Assembly (NCBI GenBank): GCA_965226885.1
Contig: CBDDEL010000016.1
Span: forward strand, 512,001-576,000
Length of the DNA: 64,000 bases
Reading direction: 5' to 3'
DNA from: Opitutales bacterium
GTDB lineage: Bacteria; Verrucomicrobiota; Verrucomicrobiia; Opitutales; UBA2987
Part shown: positions 20,498-31,697 of the stretch, one piece after another
Numbering within the stretch: position 1 is the first letter of the stretch
Layout: every line of letters starts with the position of its first letter
Notes under the pieces: generated by a model
What the model was told of the DNA's origin: nothing
The model's input: only the letters and a program-made list of their open reading frames with translations
Database searches by the model: none
Position numbers and translations under genes: made by a program

Positions 20498-21834
20498 TTA
20501 TGGGCGATCATCATCATAATATTGGAGCAGTCCTTCCACAATTCCGTCGGCATATTCGCGGACAAGGCTTTTGCGCCGCGCTCCGGCCACTTCCCGCCAT
20601 CCTTCGTAATCTCCGGCCTGCACTCGCTCGGCAACTTCCCGGCTGTTGAGGACATAAGGCTCAAGATAGATCACCGGGCACTGGTATAGGCGATTGGCCA
20701 TAAGGTTGCGAGCCCATAAATAAGGACTGCCTCCAACCCTCCAACCTTCACCGCATTGGGCGTTGTGTAGGTATAAGGTGGAAGTCCGTTGGCCGCCACC
20801 ATGGGTAATATCAAGGCCTCCCCCAAAGCAATTTCTTCCCGGGCCGTACCGGAAAGGAGCTTTATCAGCATTTCGAACCGAACATCGTCATAGGATAATT
20901 CCTCCCGGCTGTAAGCGCCGTTGACCAAAATGTGAAAGTGATTTTCACGAGTATAGATTCCTTTTTCTCCATTAATCCAGGAAGAGGCATTAAAATGCAA
21001 AGCCAGAACGAGATCGGGTTTGAGCTGACGATTTATTTTTTCCGCCCGAGTTCGGATTTCACTGACCCGGTAGAAGAGTAATTCACTCAGTTTCTTGATT
21101 TCCCGCGGTTGTATTTGGGCATCGGCATCAGCCCGGTATTGTCTCTTTCCGCTTAATTTTTTATAGGCAGCCGGAATCAAGCTTTTAACGGTCTCTTCGG
21201 TCGCAGGTTTCGCCTCACCACGGGTCAGCCACACCTTTGCCCCCAACGAAACGAGTTTTTGTCGCAGATGCAGGGCCACCTTCAAGGTCATATCGCCTTC
21301 CTGGATCGGGCCACTCCCTTCAAAATTAAAAGACCGCTCCTCCATCGGCCCGTAGGCTCCTCCAATATGACCGGGGTCGAGGACGATGCGCAATCCGGCC
21401 AATGGGCTGCCCTTTGCCACCGGCGGCATGGCCTCCATCGGCCTCCAATAGCGCGGTGGCGCCTCAACCGGCTGTTGGGAGGCGTAGTCGGCAAACCGCA
21501 AAATAAAATCCTCCCCCTCTTCCTCCGCCCGGAGACGGATTCGCGCCTGATGGTTTTCAAGGCGAATCCATGGCTCATAGGAATTTCCCGGAGCATAAAC
21601 CTCGTCGAGCAATTTTAAAAACCGTTCCGCAGTTATGGTATTTTGAAATTGTTCAAGCTGCGCCCATGGGGGCGGCTGGCCCAGAGAAGTCAGTTTAGCT
21701 TGCAGCCAGGTGGGGTATACCAGTGCGGCGGCAAATATTACACCGATTGACGGAATATTCCACCCGGCCGCCCATTGGTCCAAAAGCGGTCTTTGGCACT
21801 GCCGCCAGACCATCGTTCGAAGCACTAGCGCCAA
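20498..21834 (-). pseudogene. N-acetylmuramoyl-L-alanine amidase (Amidase_3), frameshifted
   Basis: IVLDPGHIGG, LALHFNA; removing the 8-bp duplication at 20730-20745 restores ...VGGSPYLWARNLMANRLYQCPVIYLEP. Confidence 0.85.
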
Positions 21835-21843
21835 CCCCGGTCT

Positions 21844-22290
21844 CTATTCTACCGTAATGCGGATTTTTTTCGATACCACGGGAGTATCGTGGGGTATGTG
21901 CAGGTGGTTTCCCAAAAGCAGTTGCAAGGTATGTTTGCCGGGAGCCAGCTCAACGGTCGTTTCAGTTTGCCCTCCCCCAAAATGAACATGGTTTTCATCC
22001 GCCGGAATAGGCAGGCTAACATCCGGCAATCCATCCACATTGATGAGCAGATGATGGTGCCCGGTGCCCGGTTTTTCCACGCCGGCCGGCGCAATGCCCA
22101 TGCCCTTCAATCCAAATCGCACTGTCAACGGGCTTGTCACGACTTGTCCCTCAGTAGGCATGATGATGTAAACACCATCCCCCTCGGGATAAACCGGTGC
22201 TGTTTCAACCGCTGGTTTTGGAGAACAACCGGAGAAGGCCAAGGCAAGCAAAGACAGCAATATAATTGGGAAATGGGTTTTACTCATCAT
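21844..22290 (-). CDS. DUF4399 domain lipoprotein
   Basis: Lipobox FSGC; VRFGLKGMGIAPAG, TGHHHLLI, HFGGGQTE, LAPGKHTLQL. Confidence 0.9.
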   Translation of the reverse strand: MMSKTHFPIILLSLLALAFSGCSPKPAVETAPVYPEGDGVYIIMPTEGQVVTSPLTVRFGLKGMGIAPAGVEKPGTGHHHLLINVDGLPDVSLPIPADENHVHFGGGQTETTVELAPGKHTLQLLLGNHLHIPHDTPVVSKKIRITVE

Positions 22291-22535
22291 GATTCCTTAT
22301 TTTTTGAGAAATGTTAATCGGTCCAACTAGCCAATACGTGGATCTCCATCATTGGCTCATATGACTAACAGGGGAAACGGATTACAAAAGATAGAGGGCG
22401 AATACGGCAAGCCTATTCCAGGTTGAAGAAAAAAGAAATACATGGTGTTTTGATTCCTTAAACACGGTCTGTTCGTTTGAAGACTAGGGACGTTCGAGTT
22501 TGGACCTTTCTTAAACTCAATAAAAAATTTTCGGA

Positions 22536-24995
22536 TTATCGATCGACATCGGCAAATTGCATGGCGTAAAGCTTTGATCCGCGCATCCGAAAAACAATTT
22601 GTACCGTTTTTCCCTGCAAGCTTGAGACGTCGGTTCCTGATGACAGCCATTCCACTTCGGTTTCGATAAAATCACCGTTGATGTAGAGACAATCGTCCAA
22701 TGAAAATCCTTCCACCGGTAAACCATTTTTATCCAAAAAACCGATTTGGGCATAGCCCGCGGCTTCGGTGTCGATATTGAGAACGAGCCGGTTTCCCTCG
22801 AACGTCAATGGCCGCGTCGTCATGTAAGCCTCTTTGTCATAAGGGGAATCCGCCGAGACGAATCCGTCCAAACGCTGCACCAAACGATAAACGGCGCTCT
22901 GCTCGTGACCCTTGCGGTAGGTGGAGTGATAAACCTCCTCGCCATAGTAATACTGCCAGATTTCGTCTCCTCGCCTGACCATACCGTGGGCGGTGTAGGC
23001 TTGGTGGACATCGCGTCCTTCGTGCAGCCCTATGCCGACATAAGCCGGCCGCGAGTGGCGCTGCCAGTTCACCCCGTCGCGACTGATCGAAAGCTGAGTC
23101 TCTATGGGACCGGAACCACGACTACGCTCCGGGTCCATGAGCGCCTGGCGGCCCTTCCGTCCATCCAATTCGTAATGAAAATAGACGATGGGGAACGCCA
23201 GATAAGTATCGGGCGCCCAGGGATACTTCGTTGCCTTGGTGACATAGATATCGACACCCACGGGATCGACGCCGTCCTCGGGGGCGAAGGCATGCGGAAA
23301 TTCCAGGCCGATACCTCCCAGAGTCAGCGGGCCATTGTCCAGATACCACGGCATGGGGTCGCGAATACGACCAGTTGCCTCGGCCGCTTCTCGTGTTTCT
23401 TCCTGAGTTACGGGCTGAAAAGGCCACGGAGTATAGAGGTCTTTTGTTTCGGTCAAAACGGATTCCCGCTGGGTGGCTCCGGCTATGGTTTTATTGATTC
23501 CAGTGCGATGATACCCGACATATAGCTGGCGTTGGTCATCGTAAAAAGTGCACGATTGGGTGCCCGAGCGAAAAGGCAGAACGGATGTCCGGTTCCGCCG
23601 CCAGGAATACCCATCGGGGGATTCATAAACGAAAATGCCCCGCCGATGATAACCGCTGATATATTTCCAGCGCGATTCCGGTGGCCCGTTGGGATCGATA
23701 AATGGATTCCCCAAACCGCCCACCATTTCATGCAGAACGATATTCCTGTGGCCCTTGTATTCGCCATTTCCTATATCCGGGATGGTCCAGTTGATGCCAT
23801 CGCGGGAAGTTCGCACGGCCAGATAATCATCCGCCACGGAATTGTAGAGACGCAAGAGACCATCCTCATCCTCAACAAGGGTGAGGTGCTTACGAAAAGG
23901 TCCCTTGATGCCTTCGATGACTCTTTCGGCCAGGCGCGGGGGGTTCACCTGAAAGTGGATACCTTCCATTTTCTCGACCAGGGCGTCGTCGATAAATAGG
24001 TGTTTTCTTCCACCTAAAGGAAGGACATTCCGGGTTGATTCACCATTCGGAAAAAGAAGCGGGGGACCGGCCACTAACGAAATTTCCCGGCCGCTTTTTT
24101 GGACGATGGGGGAAAAGCTGGATGGTGGCTTGAAGTCGCCCTGATAAACCCGCCCCAGAGAAAATTTCAGCTCATCCAATCGACCCGGCAAGGGGTTGCC
24201 CCATGTGCCGTTGCGACCGACCGAAAAGTAGTCTTCGTCGCCAAAATCTAGGGACTGAAAAGCCGCTTTTCGGGGAAGGGTTTGCAAGATGCCATCGACA
24301 TAGTGCCGCAACTGGTTTTCTTCCGCATCGTAAACAAAAGCCAGATGACGCCATTTCCGGGAACCAAGGCGAATGGCCGATCTATCAGACGGAATGGCCA
24401 GGCTGATACCGCTCGGTTCATTGTGTAATACAAATCCATCCAGGTTTTTATTGGTTGCCAGACGGGTGACTTTTTCATTTTCACCGCGGGGACCTTGGCC
24501 GATTTCAAAAACCACTCCTTCCGCGTCAGCCTTTCGAGTGGGCCAATACCAGAACTCAACCGTCCAGTCATAAGCCCCCAGATTGAGCCGGGTGCGCGTT
24601 GCCTGGGCAAATCCCGCCTGTTTTCGCAAATGGGTTTCCCCACTCGTCATCAAACCGCAAAAATTGGCGTTCATCCACGACATCGGCTCGACGGTGCGTC
24701 CCTCCGGCGTTTCCCGCTGGGTCAACCCAAACCATTCCTCCCCCTCCGGATATTCAATGGAAGGCTGGGCAACAGGTTCCAGGGCATGGCCGAACTTGCC
24801 CTCAACGATCTGCCCACCCGGCCCGATCACCATAGGATAATCATTGTCCGACTCATCGCTAAGGACACAGCTTGGATAAATCCCAATCTGTTCATCGAAC
24901 AGCCAAAGGGCGATGGTGCTATTTTCCACCGCCCAAACCAAGTTCATACAGCAAACCGACAGGGAAATTATTAACAAGGAGTTCCAGTTTTTCAT
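22536..24995 (-). CDS. Secreted LamG/ConA-like plus beta-propeller glycoside hydrolase-like protein
   Basis: Signal peptide; ALWLFDE, WTVEFW, WRHLAFVYD (LamG); repeated SxDGxxW Asp-boxes; RLDGFVS C-terminal motif. Confidence 0.75.
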   Translation of the reverse strand: MKNWNSLLIISLSVCCMNLVWAVENSTIALWLFDEQIGIYPSCVLSDESDNDYPMVIGPGGQIVEGKFGHALEPVAQPSIEYPEGEEWFGLTQRETPEGRTVEPMSWMNANFCGLMTSGETHLRKQAGFAQATRTRLNLGAYDWTVEFWYWPTRKADAEGVVFEIGQGPRGENEKVTRLATNKNLDGFVLHNEPSGISLAIPSDRSAIRLGSRKWRHLAFVYDAEENQLRHYVDGILQTLPRKAAFQSLDFGDEDYFSVGRNGTWGNPLPGRLDELKFSLGRVYQGDFKPPSSFSPIVQKSGREISLVAGPPLLFPNGESTRNVLPLGGRKHLFIDDALVEKMEGIHFQVNPPRLAERVIEGIKGPFRKHLTLVEDEDGLLRLYNSVADDYLAVRTSRDGINWTIPDIGNGEYKGHRNIVLHEMVGGLGNPFIDPNGPPESRWKYISGYHRRGIFVYESPDGYSWRRNRTSVLPFRSGTQSCTFYDDQRQLYVGYHRTGINKTIAGATQRESVLTETKDLYTPWPFQPVTQEETREAAEATGRIRDPMPWYLDNGPLTLGGIGLEFPHAFAPEDGVDPVGVDIYVTKATKYPWAPDTYLAFPIVYFHYELDGRKGRQALMDPERSRGSGPIETQLSISRDGVNWQRHSRPAYVGIGLHEGRDVHQAYTAHGMVRRGDEIWQYYYGEEVYHSTYRKGHEQSAVYRLVQRLDGFVSADSPYDKEAYMTTRPLTFEGNRLVLNIDTEAAGYAQIGFLDKNGLPVEGFSLDDCLYINGDFIETEVEWLSSGTDVSSLQGKTVQIVFRMRGSKLYAMQFADVDR

Positions 24996-25127
24996 TATTC
25001 GCGGTTATTAGCGTTCATTCGCGGTTAAATAAATTCTATCTACCTACTATAATTATATAACATAGCATTTGGATTTAAATCGGTTTTTCATAATAGTGAA
25101 CATCAGAACACATTATATATAGTAAAT

Positions 25128-26439
25128 CACTAGTGTCTAGTTAAGCGGCCAGTCTAAAGTCGTATTTCGTTGATGATGTGTTTGTTGAGTAGCCACATGG
25201 ATGTGACGCATTTGAAGTTAGCTGGCGCTTTCCGCACCCTTTTTGAGACTGGGCAGCATGAACGAAGGCCGCCTTGCATTCACGCAGGCGATGGATTTGC
25301 TCCATCGCGAACAGTTCGAACGCTGCGTTAGTCTTTATCCCATGCCAAGAACCAGTCGTAGTTTCAGTGCCCGTGATCAGTTCTTGAGCATGGCCTTTGC
25401 GCAAATGACATTCCGTGAGAGTTTGCGTGACATCGAGGCGTGTCTGCGGGGAAGTCCTCACTTGTATGCGATGGGAATCCGGGGCAATGTGACACGCACG
25501 AACTTGGCCTACGCCAACGAGCATCGCAACTGGCGCCTTTACGAAGCATTGGCTCAAGTGCTCATCGCCAAGGCGCGCCGTTTGTATGCCCAAGACGCGA
25601 TTGGATTGAATGTAGACGAGATGGTTTATGCCCTGGATGCCTCGACCATAGACCTGTGCCTGTCGTTGTTTTCGTGGGCAACATTTCGCCGCACCAAGGC
25701 GGCCATCAAACTGCATACGATGATGGACTTGCGTGGCTCCATCCCTATATTCATCAGTATTACAGACGCAAGCGTGCATGACGTGAACATCCTTGATGAA
25801 CTGGCTTTTGAACCCGCAAGCATTTACGTAATGGATCGTGGTTACGTCGATTTTCAGCGGCTCTTTCGCATCCATTTGGCTGCTGCCTTCTTCGTCACCC
25901 GCGCCAAAAGCAATATGAGTTTTTACGTTAGTGCTTCCCAACCCGTGGACCGATCCAGCGGAATCAGTTGCGACCAGATCATCGGATTGAAAGTCGCCAA
26001 AAGCAAAAGCCAATACCCCGGCAAGCTCCGGCGCATTCGCTACCGCGATGGCGCAACTGGCCAGAGGCTGGTCTTCCTCACCAACAACTTCACCTTGCCC
26101 GCCTTGACTATCGCGGCCATTTACAAAAGCCGCTGGCGCATTGAGCTGTTCTTTAAGTGGATCAAGCAAAACCTCCGCATCAAGGCTTTCTACGGCACCA
26201 CCGAAAACGCCGTGAAGACCCAAATTTGGGTAGCCATATGCGTTTATCTCATGGTCGCCTGTTTGAAAAAAGTGCATGGAGTCACTGAAAGTCTGAGTCG
26301 GATTCTGCAAGTTTTGAGTGTGAACGTCTTTCAAAAAGATCCTGTATATCAACTACTTGCAAAGTTCGAAACAAGAAAGCCAAACTTAGCATTACACAAC
26401 CAGTTGATGCTCAAGGGCTTTTAACTGGACACACTAGTG
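25128..26439 (+). mobile_element. IS4-family element
   Basis: IRs CACTAGTGTCTAGTTAA / TTAACTGGACACACTAGTG; 9-bp TSD ATAGTAAAT. Confidence 0.92.
25258..26424 (+). CDS. IS4-family transposase (DUF4372 plus DDE)
   Basis: LDASTIDL, MDRGYVD, YKSRWRIELFFKWIKQNL. Confidence 0.94.
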   Translation: MNEGRLAFTQAMDLLHREQFERCVSLYPMPRTSRSFSARDQFLSMAFAQMTFRESLRDIEACLRGSPHLYAMGIRGNVTRTNLAYANEHRNWRLYEALAQVLIAKARRLYAQDAIGLNVDEMVYALDASTIDLCLSLFSWATFRRTKAAIKLHTMMDLRGSIPIFISITDASVHDVNILDELAFEPASIYVMDRGYVDFQRLFRIHLAAAFFVTRAKSNMSFYVSASQPVDRSSGISCDQIIGLKVAKSKSQYPGKLRRIRYRDGATGQRLVFLTNNFTLPALTIAAIYKSRWRIELFFKWIKQNLRIKAFYGTTENAVKTQIWVAICVYLMVACLKKVHGVTESLSRILQVLSVNVFQKDPVYQLLAKFETRKPNLALHNQLMLKGF

Positions 26440-26705
26440 ATAGTAAATAGTAAATCGCAAGCTTTTTTTTCACAAATATCGAAATTAATAATTCCTGTTA
26501 ACACTCCTTGGTCTTCAATAGTTTAGAAAAATTTTCATCATTTTCCTGCCCAGTTTGCACAAAGTGTTCAACTTTCCAGCCTTCCCGGTTGACGTAAAAT
26601 AGTCTAATTCCCCTTTTTTTCTATCTGCGTTTATCTGTACCATCTGAGGTTAAAAAAAAACATCGGTGTTCGGATTCGAAACATGTTGATATTAAGAGAA
26701 TAAAT

Positions 26706-28112
26706 TCAATTGTTTACCGTCATTTCCTGAGCGCCCACTTCTTTTCGCCATTTTTTCAACTTTTCAAACATGCGATTGGCCAGATCGGGCATATCCGCGG
26801 CCAGATTGTGGCGTTCGCCGAGATCCGATTCCAGGTCGAATAATTCCAGGGCGCCGTCTTCCCCTGTTTTCGATTGTTCGAACCATTCGATCAATTTATA
26901 CTTGCCCTCCCGTATGGCGCCCGCTGGGGCAATGCCTTGGTGATGATAGTGAGGGTAATGAAAATAAACCGCCTCCCTTTGCAATTTTCCGGTTTGTTTT
27001 AATACAGGAAGAATACTTTCACCGTCGATGTCGGGGTAATTTTCAATGATTCCGACCAATTCATTGAAGGTCGGGAAAAAGTCGTTGCTGATAACGATCT
27101 CATTGCTAACGCTTCCGGGCTCAATGACGCCGGGCCAACTGGCAATCAGCGGCGTCCTGATGCCTCCTTCGTAAAGATCGGACTTGCTGCCCCGCAGAGG
27201 AAATTCGTCTTTGGGTCCCAAGTGCCCATTATCCGAGAAAAAAATGACCAGGGTATTGTCCAGTAACTCCAGGTCCTCCAGTTTTTGCATGACCTCACCC
27301 ACGCTCTTGTCCAGGGTTTCCAACATAGCCGCCTGCACGGGGTTGTCATGACCGTATTCCTCCAGATCGGCATCGGGTTTTGCCGCGTATTTATCAATCA
27401 ATTCCTTTTTCTCAATCTGTGGCCGATGGATGGAATTATGGGTTATATAACAGAAAAAAGGTTTATCTCTATTGGCCTCGATGAATTGCAGGGAGCGTTC
27501 GGTGATCTCCCTTACATGATGGGCGTCGTTTTCGTATTTACTCTCTCTTCCCGCCCCCGGTTTATGGGTGGTCAGTACATCATCGAACCCATGCGATTGT
27601 GGATCTCCCGGCCTTCCGGGGCTATAATTCTTGTCCACGTTAAGATGCCATTTTCCGAAATGACCGGATACATAACCGGCTTTTTTCAAGGATTCCGGGA
27701 TGGTCGTTGTATCAAGGGGAAGACTTTTGGCCCAATCCGGAGTTTTCAGTTTTTCACTCAGGTCGTTGCCGGGAATGTAATCGGTTATGTGGAGCCGGGT
27801 CGGATACTGGCCGGTCATAATACTGGCCCGAGTCGGAGAACAGATCGGACTGGCCGCATAAGCCTCTGTAAACCGCATCCCCCGGCTGGCCAGCCGGTCG
27901 ATGTTGGGTGACTCGTAATACGTGCTTCCATAACTCCCTAATTGATGCCAGCCGAGGTCATCGGCCAAAATCAAAACAATGTTGGGCTTTCTATGATTAA
28001 CTAAGTGATGAGCCCCCTTCAGAGATTGGGCTGCCGGAGGAATCATCCCCAAAAAGGTGAGAGCCGCCGTTCCCAGGCCCAAATCCTTTAAAAAGGTTCT
28101 GCGGTCTGTCAT
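26706..28112 (-). CDS. Sulfatase (S1, arylsulfatase A-like), Tat-exported
   Basis: RRTFLK; PNIVLILADDLG; CSPTRASIMTG; GKWHL; SDNG. Confidence 0.93.
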   Translation of the reverse strand: MTDRRTFLKDLGLGTAALTFLGMIPPAAQSLKGAHHLVNHRKPNIVLILADDLGWHQLGSYGSTYYESPNIDRLASRGMRFTEAYAASPICSPTRASIMTGQYPTRLHITDYIPGNDLSEKLKTPDWAKSLPLDTTTIPESLKKAGYVSGHFGKWHLNVDKNYSPGRPGDPQSHGFDDVLTTHKPGAGRESKYENDAHHVREITERSLQFIEANRDKPFFCYITHNSIHRPQIEKKELIDKYAAKPDADLEEYGHDNPVQAAMLETLDKSVGEVMQKLEDLELLDNTLVIFFSDNGHLGPKDEFPLRGSKSDLYEGGIRTPLIASWPGVIEPGSVSNEIVISNDFFPTFNELVGIIENYPDIDGESILPVLKQTGKLQREAVYFHYPHYHHQGIAPAGAIREGKYKLIEWFEQSKTGEDGALELFDLESDLGERHNLAADMPDLANRMFEKLKKWRKEVGAQEMTVNN

Positions 28113-28166
28113 TTTCTGTTGCCGTTCATTTAAAGATTCCAGGCACATAATTTATTATTTCAATTA

Positions 28167-30179
28167 CTAACTTGAGGTTTGCACATCGTCGACCCGAAAC
28201 ACGCTCAAGGGAACCTTAACTTCCGATCCGGGCATGTCCTCTTCATCCAGGCCCGGATTGCCGGGATTTCCATCGAGGTAAAGCCTGGGCACATAGCCCC
28301 TCCAGGAACCGGTCCGAAATACGATCCTCTCCAAAGTTTCGACCGGGTAGGCAAATGCCACATTTTCCCTCAGCCACTCGCCATCGAGGGACAAATCATA
28401 GGCCTGCTTTTGGCAATCGAATCTGATTTTTATCTCATACCATTGGCCGGGACGAATGGGCAATGGGCGAGGGTTTTGTTTGTTCAGATCAAGGGAGAGC
28501 CAATCGGGATCGATTCGCAAGCGCAAGGGCCGTTCATTGTAGCGGTCCTGCAATTCTATCTCGAATATGTTGTGCCCAATTTTTTCCGCTTGAACGCGAA
28601 ACTGGACAACACCTTTTTCACTTTCCGGAAAGGCGCGTTCGGCCAGGGCGTAGTCGTAAGGATCTTCGTCCCGGAACTCAAGGTAGCTGCGCGAATCGCC
28701 CTCCCCCGAGGATGCGATTGAAATTGGAGCCCATTGGGGCACATGCAAGTTCCAGTATTCCAGGTCGGAAACTTGATTCATAGAATCGAAATTCTGCTCG
28801 ATAGGCTCATTAACGGTTCCTTTAACAGGCAATCTCGTGCGGGTTACCCAGATGTCCTCTTTGTTCATGCTGAATGTGTTCCACATGTGTTCACCGGGCG
28901 GATTGCCATTGCCCTCAGCAATACCGCGTATGTATTGAGGGCCGCGGTTTTTATGGATTCCCTGGTAGCGCATGGGGGGCACTTCGCTTTGCAAGCTCAA
29001 CATATTGTCGAATTCATGACCATCGTCACCAGTCATAATGACCATTGGGTAACGATTCCGCCGACTGGCCGAATGGTTGTAAACCAACGCATAGCGACGG
29101 TCATCTGTCATCTGTCCCCATACCTTGGCTCCACAGGTCATCAAGGTTTTGGAGAGTGCGAACGGAGTCCAGGTCTGTCCCTCATCCTCGCTCAGTGCAC
29201 TCCACTGTCTTTTCCATAAACCAACAACCACTCCATCCGGCCGGTGGTAATAGCTCAGGGCCTTGGGCGGAGATTCCTCATCATAAGATTTAATCGTAAA
29301 AAATCCATCCTTGGCCCGGTCTTCTTCCCACCATTGCAAGGTTTTCAGTTTATCCTTGAGCAATGCCTCGCATGCTTCCACGAATTCGCGGTCTTCGCTC
29401 TCTTTGAAAAATGGATAATCGGTATTGCTTTCATTCCAGCCCGCGTGGCTATTGTAGCGAATGAAATAAATGGGGCCTGAACTGCCGTCCTCATAAATTT
29501 CCCTCACTACCCGTCCGAGGCCTCTGCCCGTATTGGGGCTGTCTCTCGGCGTCTGGCAATAGCTGTAAAAGGCGAGGGTCAACAATTTGCCGTTGGGGGC
29601 GGTGTAAAACCCCATCCTCTGGTGCATCACCGATGTCATCCCCTCGGGAACATCGCCCCTCTCGTCTTCAATTGCAGGGAGCGTATAAACCGGGAAAATG
29701 ACTTCCGGTCGAGACCAGTGAAAACCGTCTTCTGAAGTCATCAGGAGCGTCCGGCCCGGCGGATTATGCTCTTCTTTCAAGTTGCTCAAATATTGGTGGT
29801 AAAAACGACCGTTCCAGTAAGCGAGGTAAGGTTGGTGATTATAGGTCCAGCCTGCATCGCTGCCTATTTCCGGCGGTTGGGAACGATTAGCCCGAAAGGC
29901 CTGATACTTATGCACTCCCACGGCCGAACGCACCTTTCCATGGTAAAAACGTTTATCTGTCTGCTGGGATCCCACATATTTGACCGGTTCCGCTTTGGAG
30001 TTTTCTAGAGACGGCGGTTTGTGGGTACCAGCCAGAAGTTCATCTGCCAGAATCAGAATAATGATAAAGAAAACACTCCATTTGAGAATAATAATTGGCG
30101 GGTTTTCAGCCATGTGATAGATTCTTTTACACATAAAATTTTTCTCAAGTTGAAATGGATCGCATGGTTTTACAGTCAA
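28167..30179 (-). CDS. GH143-like glycoside hydrolase (BT_1020 N-terminal-like), stand-alone
   Basis: GWTYNHQPYLAYWNGRFY, MHQRMGFY, GRVVREI, GPIYFI, DYPFFKES motifs recalled from BT_1020; start uncertain. Confidence 0.75.
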   Translation of the reverse strand: MTVKPCDPFQLEKNFMCKRIYHMAENPPIIILKWSVFFIIILILADELLAGTHKPPSLENSKAEPVKYVGSQQTDKRFYHGKVRSAVGVHKYQAFRANRSQPPEIGSDAGWTYNHQPYLAYWNGRFYHQYLSNLKEEHNPPGRTLLMTSEDGFHWSRPEVIFPVYTLPAIEDERGDVPEGMTSVMHQRMGFYTAPNGKLLTLAFYSYCQTPRDSPNTGRGLGRVVREIYEDGSSGPIYFIRYNSHAGWNESNTDYPFFKESEDREFVEACEALLKDKLKTLQWWEEDRAKDGFFTIKSYDEESPPKALSYYHRPDGVVVGLWKRQWSALSEDEGQTWTPFALSKTLMTCGAKVWGQMTDDRRYALVYNHSASRRNRYPMVIMTGDDGHEFDNMLSLQSEVPPMRYQGIHKNRGPQYIRGIAEGNGNPPGEHMWNTFSMNKEDIWVTRTRLPVKGTVNEPIEQNFDSMNQVSDLEYWNLHVPQWAPISIASSGEGDSRSYLEFRDEDPYDYALAERAFPESEKGVVQFRVQAEKIGHNIFEIELQDRYNERPLRLRIDPDWLSLDLNKQNPRPLPIRPGQWYEIKIRFDCQKQAYDLSLDGEWLRENVAFAYPVETLERIVFRTGSWRGYVPRLYLDGNPGNPGLDEEDMPGSEVKVPLSVFRVDDVQTSS

Positions 30180-30284
30180 GGTACACTTTATTATTGAACC
30201 TTACAATATTTGTATTGAATGCAATGATTCTGAAAGCTATTTTGTCAACAATATTTACCTGAAATGCCGTAATTGTTTAAATAA

Positions 30285-31697
30285 ATGCAATATATGAAAA
30301 AAATTACTTTTTCACCAATGAGGATATTTTTCTCAATTCTGGGAGCTGTCGCTCTCTCTTATGTTAATTGCCTGGCAGTAAAACTGGAGGCGGCACAGTT
30401 GATAGCCGGCCCCATGGTTGGCCACACGACCACGACTTCGGCCAATATTTGGGTCGAAACGGATGCCCCGGCCGATGTCCGCATTGATTACTGGCAGGAA
30501 CCGCGCCTCATCTACGATCCGGTTTTGCTTGAGCCCATCTTGCGGGGAACGGCCTCCGGTCGCACATCCTCCGATTTTCCGCACACCGGTGTGGTTGAAT
30601 TGGCGAACCTCAATACCGGTCGGCTGATTCATTATAATGTCCTTATAAACGGCAAAATCGTGCGCGCTCTCAGCAGCCAGATTTTTTCCCTTTTTCCTCC
30701 CGAAGTAATTAATCTCCAGGCGCCGGACGATGTGACAAATTTTTCGGTTGGGTTCGCCTCCTGCAATTTCCCCGCCCGCATTCCCATCCAGCCTATATGG
30801 GCGCAAGTTGTGCGTCGGCGTCCGGTGGCCTTTTTGTTTTTGGGAGACAACAATTATTTGCCAAGCAAACACGAAAACCTCGATATCGATGAAGAAGATT
30901 TGCGCTTTGTCATCTCCGATACGCACCGGACTTTAAAAAATGTCGCCGGTGTTCGCGAATTAATGGCCTCCACCTCCAGCTACGGGATTTGGGATGACCA
31001 CGATTACGGTCCGGGAAACTCCGACCGAACTTTCAAGGGCAAGGATATCAGCCTCCAGGCCTTTCGCCGCTATTGGGCCAACCCGGCGACCGATATTTCC
31101 GACCCTCCCGGAGTCTTTCATTCTTTTCGCGTCGCCGATGCCGAATTCTTCATGCTCGACAACCGTTACAACCGCGACCCGAATCTGGCGGAGGACCGTA
31201 GCACCATGCTGGGTTCTATCCAGCTTGAGTGGTTGAAAAAAAATCTGAAAAAAAGCACCGCCACTTTTAAAATAATCGGCAGCGGTGGAACCCTGGCCGT
31301 CGATCAAGGAAAGGAAACCTGGAGCCGGTTCGGAACCGAGCGCGACGATTTTCTCAAGTGGATGTTCGCCGAGAAAATCGAAGGAGTGCTATTCATCGCG
31401 GGAGACTGGCATGTTGGCGTTCTCAACCGCCTCCATCGCCCCCAGGACGCCTACCCTCTTTACGAACTCCTCAGCTCCAACCTGGCGGTCAAAATCATAC
31501 CCCGCGACACCGTCGAAATCGCGCAAGGCCCCAGCAACAAACAATGGGCCTCCCCCTTCGTCCAAGACTTCAATTTCGGCCTCCTCCGTTTCACCGGAAA
31601 ACGAGGCAACCGAACCGTAACCCTCCAAATCATCGACGAACAAGGCACCATCCGCATCGAACTTGTGGTTAACGAATCCGACCTGGCTTACAATTAA
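30285..31697 (+). CDS. PhoD-like alkaline phosphatase/phosphodiesterase
   Basis: GPMVG, FASCN, FLGDNNY, IWDDHDYG, LDNRYNR, AGDWH. Confidence 0.88.
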   Translation: MQYMKKITFSPMRIFFSILGAVALSYVNCLAVKLEAAQLIAGPMVGHTTTTSANIWVETDAPADVRIDYWQEPRLIYDPVLLEPILRGTASGRTSSDFPHTGVVELANLNTGRLIHYNVLINGKIVRALSSQIFSLFPPEVINLQAPDDVTNFSVGFASCNFPARIPIQPIWAQVVRRRPVAFLFLGDNNYLPSKHENLDIDEEDLRFVISDTHRTLKNVAGVRELMASTSSYGIWDDHDYGPGNSDRTFKGKDISLQAFRRYWANPATDISDPPGVFHSFRVADAEFFMLDNRYNRDPNLAEDRSTMLGSIQLEWLKKNLKKSTATFKIIGSGGTLAVDQGKETWSRFGTERDDFLKWMFAEKIEGVLFIAGDWHVGVLNRLHRPQDAYPLYELLSSNLAVKIIPRDTVEIAQGPSNKQWASPFVQDFNFGLLRFTGKRGNRTVTLQIIDEQGTIRIELVVNESDLAYN

